From assembly GCA_951406725.2 (NCBI GenBank), contig OX597815.1:42408001-42472000 (forward strand): a DNA stretch of 64,000 bases, read 5' to 3'. The notes under the pieces were generated by a model that was given only the letters and a program-made list of their open reading frames with translations, made no database searches and was not told the DNA's origin. The DNA comes from Octopus vulgaris. Taxonomy: Eukaryota. Below, piece by piece: positions 52,701-64,000 of the stretch; position 1 is the first letter of the stretch, and every line of letters begins with the position of its first letter. The position numbers and the translations under genes were made by a program.

Positions 52701-53849
52701 ATTTCACAATACCACAAGAAAATTTTTTAGAGAAATTTTAAACGATGAGTTGAGATGAATGTTATATACCTCTGTATCCCAGAAATCATACCACAGCTTA
52801 TTTCAGAGGATAAATTATCCAGTGACGCCATCCGCGTAAAAACATCACAGTTAACCAATTGTTATGATATTAATATGGGGCATTAAAATACTAATTTGGC
52901 TGCAAATTCTCGCAGCTCAAGCAACCACATAGTGACACACTTGTTGTCTCGAATGCTTGAATTTGTCTTTATGCAGATGTGTTTCTGTGTAAATTAATCA
53001 ATCACCTTTCTTTGTGTGTAGATCACTTCGAATTGACGTCTCTTAACATAATTGACTGTAAATGTCACCAACCACGATATGTTAATCAATGATAAAATGT
53101 TAAAGATGCTGAAGAGCAGACCGCATAGTCAACAATTTAAACTTTACTACAATAATCACTCTTTTATATGCGTTCTTATAAAATACTTAATATATAAAAA
53201 CTGTATTAATATACACTGAATAAATTTAAATATATAATATATATATATATATATATGTAATGGTAATCGACATATATCCTACACCTGCAGCACATTGCTG
53301 ACACCGCAACGAAAGTCTTTCCGATTAAGCGCAAGTACTTCAGCTGCCTTTCCCCTCTTGTCGAACTGCTCCTTGATCAACAACCCTCTTATAATGTTTC
53401 TGAAAGCACCTGCTTTTTCGAATAAGGTTATAATAGGTGGGCTTGTTTTTTTTTTCACAACGTTCATTGCTTTTATGGTTTCGAATTTTGGCACATGAAC
53501 AGCAATTTTAGGAAGATAAAGTACAATTTTTAGTCGATGAAATAAGTACCAGCTGAACACTGGGGTGAATGCAATCGGCCCCTGTGCTCAACTTGGACTT
53601 ATTTTATTGACCTAGAAATGACGAGTTGCAAAGTTGGCCTCGATAGTATTTGATCTCAGCACCTTAAGAGATGGAAGAAATGCCGCTAAGCATTTAGCCT
53701 GATGTGTTAATGATTCCGCTAGCTCACTGCATATTTGGGTGAAACACAAAATTCAGTTTCACACGCATGACTGACAAAACAACAAAACAAGCTTCATTTC
53801 ATGTTAATGGCTGATCGGTTAGTTTGAGAAAGTGCCAGCAACTAAAAAC

Positions 53850-55183
53850 TATATGTAACCAAGTATCACTTCTAACGACGTAAAAATACTAAATACAAAA
53901 GATAACAATATTAGGAGTTACATACTATCTGTAGAACATTAGTAAATACAGAACAGAAAACAAATCAAAACAGCACACAAACATACGTTAAGCATGCAGA
54001 TGTACAATCGATCAGTAAATACCTGTTATATACTGAGGACAATTTCACTGATTTTACTAACCCCTACAAACCTACGATTTTGTACCAAACATAGAACTCC
54101 ATCCACTTCTTCACTATATATTTTTTTATTGTGTTTATTTTTATTCGTTATCCCTTTCAAATTATGACCTTAGATTCAAATCATATCACATGCAGTAACG
54201 AAAAGAATATTTTACTCAAAGGAAAAATGTAGAGCTGATAACTTACACAGGATCTACAAGACCAGTGAGAATAAAAGGAGGAAGAAATGACGAACGATTA
54301 GTCACTGTTAACCCTATAATCCTACAGAGAGACCTATAAGTTACCAATTGGGTGTCAGCGACAGCCAATTGCTTGTTGACGAAACAAGACAAACTCATGA
54401 ATCGTTACACATGGTTCTCGGCTTATGCTGTTGTGTAACCTCAAGTCAGCCTTCTTCGGGTAGAACTGTTACGTAGGTTGTCGGCCGAACAACTGGATGC
54501 ATAATACTAATCCACAGCTTCAGACATGCCATTCTTCTAGTTAGGTACCATACTGCCTTTTCTGATATGCAGTCGTTAATTACTTGTGACAATGAGCATG
54601 ACGTATTCTTTTTGCTCTCCAAGTCTATGTATTTGTTATGTTTATTTGGTTTGAGTGGGAAAGATACTGTTTTTAAAGTGCTAATTGTAGTGCTGCTTTA
54701 CAATGATGTAAATGTATCAGTTTGATGGGTGATTGTGCTTGTAGTAATATATTTGAAAGTTGCAGCTTGCCATAATAAGAAATTGTGTCCCTCGCATATC
54801 CAATTTTGTTTTCAATTTTTGCGGTTTTGATTCTTTTCTATAGGTTATCTGTGGACGCAGTCCGTGGGCAGCAAGGGGTGACACAAAGTAAGTTGTTTTA
54901 TTTTCCTTGTAGTTTGATTTACTCTTGAGGGAATGGAGTCCAAAGCAAGATTATCACATACTCCATGAGGGATCGAATATATTGTTTGAACATTAGTGTT
55001 GCTATTTTATTGTATTTGCTGAATGAGAAGCATCTGCATGCTTAACGTATGTTTGTGTGCTGTTTTGATTTGTTTTCTGTTCTGTATTTACTAATGTTCT
55101 ACAGATAGTATGTAACTCCTAATATTGTTATCTTTTGTATTTAGTATTTTTACGTCGTTAGAAGTGATACTTGGTTACATATA
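53850..55183. repeat. Perfect 153-bp inverted repeat pair (53850-54002 and 55031-55183)
   Basis: tatatgtaaccaagtatcac...gttaagcatgcagatg is the exact reverse complement of catctgcatgcttaac...gtgatacttggttacatata by eye. Confidence 0.92.
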
Positions 55184-56590
55184 ATGTTCTCCAGTGTTAT
55201 TGGTAAGAGAAGAAATTGAGTATATGGCTGGTGATATAAGCCTGTTACTTTGGAGATGAGGCTGTAAAGGGTTTATGTTCGGTTGAGGGATTTTTTTCTT
55301 TAACCCCATTTGAAAAATGTTGTATGTGACTGTGACATTATCAGTATATTCTTAAGTGTAGAAAATTTAAAGGTCAAGGTTAATAATGGAAAGGTTGTGT
55401 AGGCACAGGTTAAAATCAGTGCGTCAGCGAACAGATTCTTGTGGTATGACACTCAGGAAATTATAGATTGTTGATGTGTTGTATACAGTGTAACCTTGTC
55501 GATCTGACAAATTGTTTTCTAGCCAGAGCTTGTGCTGTTTTTCGTTTTTTAAAGTAAGTTTTGTGTTTTGTGGATAAGCTGATAGTAGGATTTGAAGTCG
55601 AAAGTTTTGTAGATGTCAGAATTAGACAGAATGATATGTTATGGGATTTATTTTTGTTGTTGCAGTCGTCATGTGCGTTTTGCGTAAAATTTAGGATTAA
55701 TGTGGTGGTTGACTGTTGTAGTCTGGCCCTAGGCTATGATTTTGAAGTGAGCGGGGAACATGTGTTAGCGATATCAAGGTGAAATCTTATTAAAAATATT
55801 GGTTTCAAATTTTAGCACAAAGCCAGCAGTATTCTTTTTGGTAGGGGGAAGGAACCAAGTGGATTACATCGACCCCAGTCCTCAACTGGCACTTATTTTA
55901 TATTTCTTTACTGCCCACAAGGGGCTGACCAAAGAGGGACAAACAAGGACAGACAAAGGGATTAAGTCGATTACATCGACCCCAGTGCGAAACTGGTACT
56001 TATTTTATAACCCTGAAAGGATGAAAGGCAAAGTCGACCTCGGCGGAATTTGAACTCAGAACGTCGAGACGAATGACATCTTGCCCAGCGTGCTAGCGAT
56101 TCTGCCCGCTCGCCGCCTTAAATTTACTGGGAGGGGTATATTAAGGGTACACATAAGAAGTTGATAGATCTCCGTGATACTACTTCATTTCGATTTTAGT
56201 TAAGTTTTAAAATTGCGGCGTTTTAACGTAGTTCACAAATTATGTGGATTTAGCTTTGTTAGCACGCCTAGTTATAGATGTTTGTTCTTAATATTTTCGG
56301 AATATATTTCTAACTTTTGTCTAACTCTGAAGCTTTTAATTTTGGAAGTTGAACTTGCTGCTCTTCTCGCGGCTGTTCTTACTGCTTTTCTGGTGTCTGA
56401 TGGAAGGAAGGTATGCAGTCGTTGTCTAGATGGAAGATGGTCCTGTCATTCTGTGTACTTTTTGATGGTTGAGTTTTAAAAATGTTTGATAAGTGAGTTC
56501 CTTGCTTTAGGATTGTGAATTCATTCTCTGAAGTTATTAGCGGTATGCGAGATAAGGTGTAACCTTTCTTAAAGTTCACGACGCTGCTAA
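54480..56590 (-). mobile_element. Decayed Penelope-like element, interrupted by a SINE
   Basis: N-terminal GYTLSRIP (YSLKNIP-like), RT motif KTFDFKSYY (FD---FY) at ~55580-55605, and GIY-YIG tail-like DCISEKAVW at ~54550-54575. Heavily mutated. Confidence 0.55.
55800..56119 (-). mobile_element. SINE family A chimeric dimer
   Basis: Full monomer at 55900-56119 joined to the alternative 3' tail at 55800-55900. Confidence 0.88.
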
Positions 56591-56739
56591 TAAAATATAT
56601 TCATTGACAAAAGGAAAAAGTTCATACATTATAACATTTAAATACAAAGAAACAGGTAAAAAGGAGAAAAGAAAGAAAAAGTGGGGATAAAGTAGCAGAA
56701 GATGGAGGGAGGAGGCGATGGGCCGCATACTCCAGAACA

Positions 56740-57260
56740 AATGGTGGAGAATAGCCAGCGACTCTTGCTACAGCAGTCACTCCGCCTCGCGGCGATCATT
56801 TCTCCGACGGGCTGCCGTTATCCCTATTTTGCGGAGGAAATCGGTAATACGGGGTCCGAGAACACCTGACGTTTCGACGGCGACCAGCACAAACTGATAA
56901 TGGTTGCGCAGCCCCCTGCGTTTATTGAATTTTCTTTCCTCCATGTTATAGGCTGCGACACCCAGGATTGCAACCGACACAGCAAGGTTGGAGCCGGAGA
57001 ACATGTCGTTGCACATCGTGTCCAAGACTTGAGATTTGCTTTCCTCGAATGGGAAGAAGTTTATTTCGTCGGGACGCTTACTGTCCCGCCGTCGAGCCCT
57101 GCAGGTTCAAGTTGAGACTGGAGGACAGACGCGTCAAGACCCCTTCTGATTATGCCTTTCAGGGCAGCATGTCGGGGAAATCGGCCCGTGATAAGGTTGC
57201 AAGATGGTAGATGCTGGCCGAATTTGTTAACTACCGCTCCGCAACGGCAATTTAATGTTG
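56740..57260 (-). mobile_element. CRE-like RLE LINE 3' fragment
   Basis: CRCG...FGQHLPSC...GRFPRHAAL..II.R.L...LEPAGL, then E-RK--K...YQFVLVAVETSGVLGP...FLRKIG (CCHC plus RLE layout of CRE-type elements). Confidence 0.75.
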
Positions 57261-58146
57261 TGTTAGTTTTTCTCTTCAAATATGAGTTTACATGTTCCGT
57301 TAAATACAAACATTCAGGACAAAATCCAAAAGAAGGTTATTCAACAGACTGACAATGATTCATTCTCGATTATACCACAGACTTTTGCTCACAGGCACTC
57401 TGCTACCTCGCCCTACCTCGCCCTACCTCTCCTGTTGCTTCAACAATACCGTATTTGCGGGCGTCAAGATGCACTCTCGCATAAAATGCATTCCAGCGTT
57501 TTAGCGGAAAAAAAGAAGCAAATTTTGTAGAAAAACCGAATTTAATGTTTCATCATATACTCACACACTATAGTACTTCGTTTGCAACCTTTATGAATAG
57601 GTAGATAGATATGTATATATGTTTATAAATATATGCATGTATGGATGTATGTATGCGTGTGTATGTGTACAAATATAAACACGTAACTATAGATAAAATG
57701 TGGTTTACATCGTGAAAATGTACGCATATTTTGATATCCAAAATATATACCAGCTGCATAACTCGTTGTACATGCACGTATTAACGAAGATAATTTTTAT
57801 CTGTTTGCTCACTTCTGTGTTTACATATTCTATCGTGTTGATGTACATATGCATGCACACAAAAACACACACGTGCGCGCACGTACATAGACATAATTGT
57901 ACATATAAATACATACATGTACATGCATATATACATACATATATTATATCATATCATATATATAGGTGTGTGTGTGCATGCTGCATAGCTGAGTGGTTTT
58001 CAACCATGTGGTTTCGGGTTCAGTGCCATTGCACGTTACCTTGAGCTAATATTTTCTACTATACCCCTGGGCAAACCAATGCCTAATGACTGAAATTGGT
58101 AGATGGAAACTGTGTGGAACCCCGATGTACGCACACGCACACACAA

Positions 58147-58202
<56 letters not shown>

Positions 58203-58214
58203 TAATATTATATA

Positions 58215-59010
58215 CTAGCAGCATAGCCCGGCGTCGCCCGGGTATGTAAGAGCCCCTAGTAGGCAACGACTAATCCCAATCTAGTCCTTTCCCTCTAGGG
58301 AACGAAGGCGCATGTGTAGGTTGCAATGTCTTCTCTTCACTCCCAAATAACTATCAAACAGCTATCGATAATTCAACCCAACCAATTCCTACCAGGAAGA
58401 AATTACATTCGAGACTTTACCCCCAACACCGCCACTTCTGCTAATAGCTGCTGCAGCCGCAAGTTATTCGAATACTTTTTTTGTTTACACTTTCTTTATA
58501 ACTACCACCCCAAACGTTTTACCTTAAATTTTTGACGTACCCTAAGGGTCCTCGGACGCTACTTGCAAACTCTTGGTTTATTATAAACCGCTTTTGTCGT
58601 GTGCATCAAAAAACCTTTTCCATTCGTTTGTTCAGTTTGGTCATTTTGACTTTTTCGTTGTTGTCACTCACATTGCTGCCCGCTTTTTTGCCGTTTTTGT
58701 ACATTTTTATACATTTTGGGATACTTACCCCACGTGTTCCGAGAGTTAAAAAGTTCGAGTTGCGTCCCCTAGAAAGTCTGTAGAAAATGTGTTGCACATA
58801 AAAAGCTTAGATTCTCGACCCATGTCGAATTTATCGATTTTTTTTCAGAACTGGGGGAACTTTTCAAAATTTTCGCTGCGTTAGTTTTGAATTATGACAT
58901 TGGGCTACGTGTGTGTCAAGTTTCATCAGAATCGGTTGAAAGCCGTGGTCAGGGTGAGGGTACAACCTGACAGACACACAGACAGACAAACTGCCGTTTA
59001 TATATTGAGA
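58215..59010 (-). mobile_element. Non-autonomous Helitron
   Basis: Minus strand: A|TC start (59010), tatataaa plus (tctg)n, GC hairpin cccgggcgacgccggg (58242-58227), then CTAG|T end (58218-58214). Confidence 0.85.
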
Positions 59011-59248
59011 TATATATATATATGTGTGTGCGTGATTGTTTGTCATTGTCATTCTATTTGTCCTCGGTAAAGCTTGTCAACCGGTGTTGGTTTGTTTATG
59101 TCCCCATAACTTAGCATTTCGGTAATGGTAAACTAATAGATTTGTCCAACTAAGCCTTTTAAGGTCGTGCCCCAGTATGGTCGCACTCCAATGACTGGGA
59201 CAAGTAAAACATAAAAGATGCTCACTTTTACTTTGTATATATATACAA

Positions 59249-59355
59249 AGGCGTAGCTGTGTGTTAAGAAGCTTGCTTCCCAACCACACGGTCCTGGGTT
59301 CACTCCCACTGCGTTGCACTTTGGGCAAGTGTCTTCTATTATGGTCTCGAGGCAA

Positions 59356-59399
<44 letters not shown>

Positions 59400-59628
59400 A
59401 CGTATATATATTTATGTGAGTGCGTCTTTGTCCTCCCCACCATCGCTTGACAACCGATGCTAGTGTGTTTATGTCTCCGTAAATTAGCAGTTCGGCAAGA
59501 GGTACCGATAGAATAAGTATCAGACTTACAAGAAATAAGTCCTGGGGTCGCTTTCTTTCGCTAAAACCCTTTAAGGCGGTGCTTCAGCATGGCCGCAGTC
59601 AAATGATTGAAACGTGTAAAAGAATAAA
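59249..59628 (+). mobile_element. SINE family B
   Basis: ggcgtagctgtgtgttaagaagcttgcttcccaaccac...ttgggcaagtgtc...cagcatggccgcagtcaaatgattgaaac. Confidence 0.85.
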
Positions 59629-59878
59629 TGTATATACAGTTGTGTTGATGTATGTCTTTTATATTTTATGTTTTGTTGAATCATTGGGAAAAATCGATCC
59701 CAGTATTGAATTTTTTTTGTTAAGGCGAGTACTTATTCTGTCGCCCCACTTGCCGAACTGCTAGGTTACGTTGACATGCATAAATCAAGCATACACACGC
59801 ATACATACATGCATACATACATACATACGTACATACATATATATAATGTATACGCATACACAAACACACACACACACA

Positions 59879-60471
<593 letters not shown>

Positions 60472-60502
60472 TTCTCTCTCTCTCTTTCTCTTTATCTACA
60501 CA

Positions 60503-60665
60503 CACGAAAGGCTTCTTTTAGTTTCTCTCAACCAAATCCACTCACAAAGCTTTGGTCGGTCCGAGGCTATGGTAGAAAAACACTGGCCGAATGTGCCAGG
60601 CAAGAGGGACTGAACCTCTAACCATGCAGTTAGGATGTAAGCTTCTAAGTAGTCACACAGCGACG
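60503..60665 (-). mobile_element. SINE family B 5' part
   Basis: accaaatccactcacaaagctttggtcggtccgaggctat...gggactgaacc. Confidence 0.75.
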
Positions 60666-61137
60666 TACTCACGTATTTAATGTATGCATGTATGCACGTG
60701 TGTGTGTGTATGTATGTATGAAACTGCAAATATAATTATACAGCTTCACTTATACAAGCATGTTGATAAGTTTTCTAGCGCATCTATCGTTCATTCGCGT
60801 AAACAAACACATACACACGCACAAATATATGTATCGTTACCGGGCTCCGTTTAGCATGCAGTGGAAACAATTGAGAAAAGAATATAAATATTCTATTTCA
60901 TCTCTTTCGGTTTCTGTTGTTCCATGTTCGCATTCTTTTGCTGGCCACTATCTCCTGCATCTCTTTACATTAAAGTTAAACTTTGAATGACCTTTAAAAT
61001 TCATTACAAATAAATAAATAAATAAAATAATAATAAAATAAAATACGGAAATTTTTTTATCTTTCATCGAAGCAATCGCTATTTGCGTGAATTTAGACAT
61101 TTAAAACCTTCAGCTATACAGGTGCATTCTGTTTGTT

Positions 61138-61199
<62 letters not shown>

Positions 61200-61270
61200 T
61201 GCATACATAAAAGTCTAAGAGTACAGCTTGCAGGAGCATTATTTTTAATGTTTCTTTAAAAGTCAAAACA

Positions 61271-61625
61271 GACGCTGGTGTGGCTGTGTGGCAAGAAGCA
61301 TGATTCCTAACCACATTGTTCTGGGTTCAGTCCCACTGCGTGGCATCTTGGACAAGTGTCTTTTACTATAGCTTCGGGCCGACCAAAACCTTGTGAGTGG
61401 ATTTGGTAGAAACTGAAAGAAGCCCGTCGTATGTATGTATGTATGTGTTGGTGTGTTTATGTCCCCGTAACTTAAGTGGTTCGGCATAGTGACCGACAGA
61501 ATAAGTACCCGGCTTAAAGAAAAAGGAAAAATAAGTACTAGGGTCGATTCATTCGACTAAAAGAAGTTCTTCAAGGCGGTGCCCCAGCATGGTCGCAGCC
61601 AATGACTGAAACAAATGAAGAATAA
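61271..61625 (+). mobile_element. SINE family B, full length
   Basis: ggtgtggctgtgtggcaagaagc...gggttcagtcccactgcgtggcatcttggacaagtg...cccagcatggtcgcagccaatgactgaaac. Confidence 0.9.
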
Positions 61626-61749
61626 AAATATGCAAGTTATGAGAAAAAATACAAATCGGTAGCTTGCACTTTTACCTTTTATCATTTCTTATAACTTCAG
61701 CATCGGGCTAGCAGGAGTCGTTACCGCGCTAAATAAAATATTAAGAAAC

Positions 61750-62230
61750 GGCTCTTTTCTTTCTGAGTTCAAATGCCGCCGCGGCCAACTTTACATCTGA
61801 GCCCTTTCGGGGCTCGATAAAATAAGTGCCAGTCAAATATTGGGGTAAATGTAATCAACAAGCTCCCTTTTCTTAAATTTTAAGGCTTTGTAAATAATTT
61901 AATTTAAATAATTTAAAGGCGGAGAGATGACAAGACTGTTAGCGTGTCGGATAAAATGATTAGTGATATGTCTCGTTCTGAGTTCAAATTCCGCCGAGGT
62001 CGACTTTGCCTTTCATCCTTTCGGGGTCGATAAATTAAGTACCGGTTACGCACTGGGGTCGATGTAATCGACATAACCCGTTTGTCTGTCCTTGTTTGTC
62101 CCATCTGTGTTTAGCCCCTTGTGGGTAGTAAAGAAATAGATAAAATAAGTAACAGTTGAGCACTGGGATCGATGTAATCGCCTTGCCCTTTTCCCCCAAA
62201 ATTCCAGGCCTTGCGTCTATACTAGAAAAA
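61750..62230 (+). mobile_element. SINE family A cluster (diverged monomer plus chimeric dimer)
   Basis: gttctgagttcaaattccgccgaggtcgactttgcctttcatcctttcggggtcgataaattaagtacc at 61975-62043. Confidence 0.85.
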
Positions 62231-62590
62231 ATTGTTATAACTTCCATTGTTTTTGCTTAACCCCCACCATACAAACAAAAACAGTTATCTATGTTCATAA
62301 ATGTATGTAAAAGAGCTGTGAATAACATACACGCTGCAGCTTCGAATTCAAAGCTTAGATGAGCTATTTGTATCATTTTACGTTCTAGCGTTCAAATCTC
62401 GTCAGAGCTACTTTAACATCCTACATCCTAGCTAATGTAATAGATAAATGTTTTGAAATAATTTAAACCAATCAAGTACTGTGATATATACATACATACA
62501 TGCATACATACACACGCACACACACACACATATATATATATACACACATATATATATATATACACACACACACACATATATATATATGTA

Positions 62591-62685
<95 letters not shown>

Positions 62686-62813
62686 TTAAAGCATCCTACT
62701 TATTTACAGAAAGTAATGGTTTTCTTAAAAAATATACTGGGATGGTCATAACTGGAATGTTTTTTGGTTAGAGACCTGGTCGATTACGGTTGACTTGCGA
62801 CTAAAAATATCAT

Positions 62814-62844
<31 letters not shown>

Positions 62845-63614
62845 AGCAGCAACAGTAGCACTAGCAACAACAACAACAAAGTATGTGCATGCAACTCATT
62901 ATGTGCATATATATGCATTTATATGTAATTTAGTCAGTATGTGCGCATGATTATACTACGAATGCATTTCTTTATTTACGTATATGTGCCTTTGCATATA
63001 TATATATATGATATATATGTATGTATAAAACTAGATATTTGCATATATGCAGATATGTGTTGCGAGAACACCTATGAATGTATGTACGCACGCGTCTATA
63101 TCTCTCAGCATATAAACACCCATTAGTATCTCAACGTCTGTCGCTTACTGATTTTGTTTTATTGTTATTGTTATATAATGTTCAAGTATCAACGTGAATA
63201 CGGAACTGTTGTGTATTGTATAATTTTAAGCATTTATTTCACGTGATAAAAGAAGCTAGGAACGTAGCTATTTGCCCGGGAACACGGAGCAGAATATGTA
63301 AGCTGTTTGCAACCAACTAACCAACGTGCAATAGAGACAGGTGAAGCTAAGTGGATGGACGAAAAATTTTAGACATTCAAGGTCATGTTTCATTTGAAAT
63401 GTTGCGCGCGTGAGTGCTTTGCATTCTGCACTGGCATGCATCTGACAACCAACCATCTGCTACAAGTCATGTAAGCAAGAGTCTATTGGACGAAGCTGTC
63501 TGTGAAATTTTCGGGCTTTCAAGGTCGCATATTTATTGACGTCATGTTTATTTGAATATTATACATACATATAGACATACACAAAAGACGCATTCGCATG
63601 CACTCACAGACACA

Positions 63615-63658
<44 letters not shown>

Positions 63659-63671
63659 CACACACACACAC

Positions 63672-63713
<42 letters not shown>

Positions 63714-64000
63714 TGCATGCCCGCACCTCTAGCTCACCGAACACAACTCTCAGATACATATGAAGCAAGCACAGCACATACACACAAACACAACTCAACA
63801 CATGCTAAAATCTCTTCACTTCATTTCTCTTAGCTTCTCTTTTTTCATCGTTATTGTTCTGCTTTCTCACTCTCTTCCTCCTCCTTTCCCATCCTCTAAT
63901 CTTCTCTCTTTCTCTTCCTCTAATCTTCTCTCTTTCTCTCCCTCTAATCTTCTCTGTTTCTCTTCCTCTCTCCCATCCTTTCCTCATGTGTCTCGCCGCA

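Noticed and set aside
63250-63520. Unique GC-richer segment with an attgg (CCAAT) motif as a promoter
   Set aside because: Short motifs only; no linked gene or other support.

Overview
AT-rich, microsatellite-dense eukaryotic DNA with no protein-coding host gene that I can support; almost every ORF in the track is a microsatellite read-through or a decayed transposon fragment. The tRNA-derived SINE families and repeat spectrum look like an octopus (cephalopod) genome, which is an inference from recalled repeat sequences and not a database match. The window holds three SINE families (with trimers and rearranged arrays), three R4/Dong-type RLE LINE copies in or beside (TAA)n microsatellites, two copies of a ~550-bp non-coding element that also sits only in (TAA)n, a CRE-like and an RTE-like LINE remnant, two Penelope-like (GIY-YIG) remnants, two decayed Charlie/Buster hAT transposons, mariner derivatives, several MITEs and two non-autonomous Helitrons. 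The best leads are: dispersed minimal type-I hammerhead-ribozyme motifs, including a ~358-bp tandem retrozyme-like pair and U3-A8 core variants in a 130-bp cassette found in both orientations; the (TAA)n-targeted 550-bp element; and a perfect 153-bp inverted duplication inside an otherwise decayed Penelope-like element. Boundaries of decayed elements are approximate.
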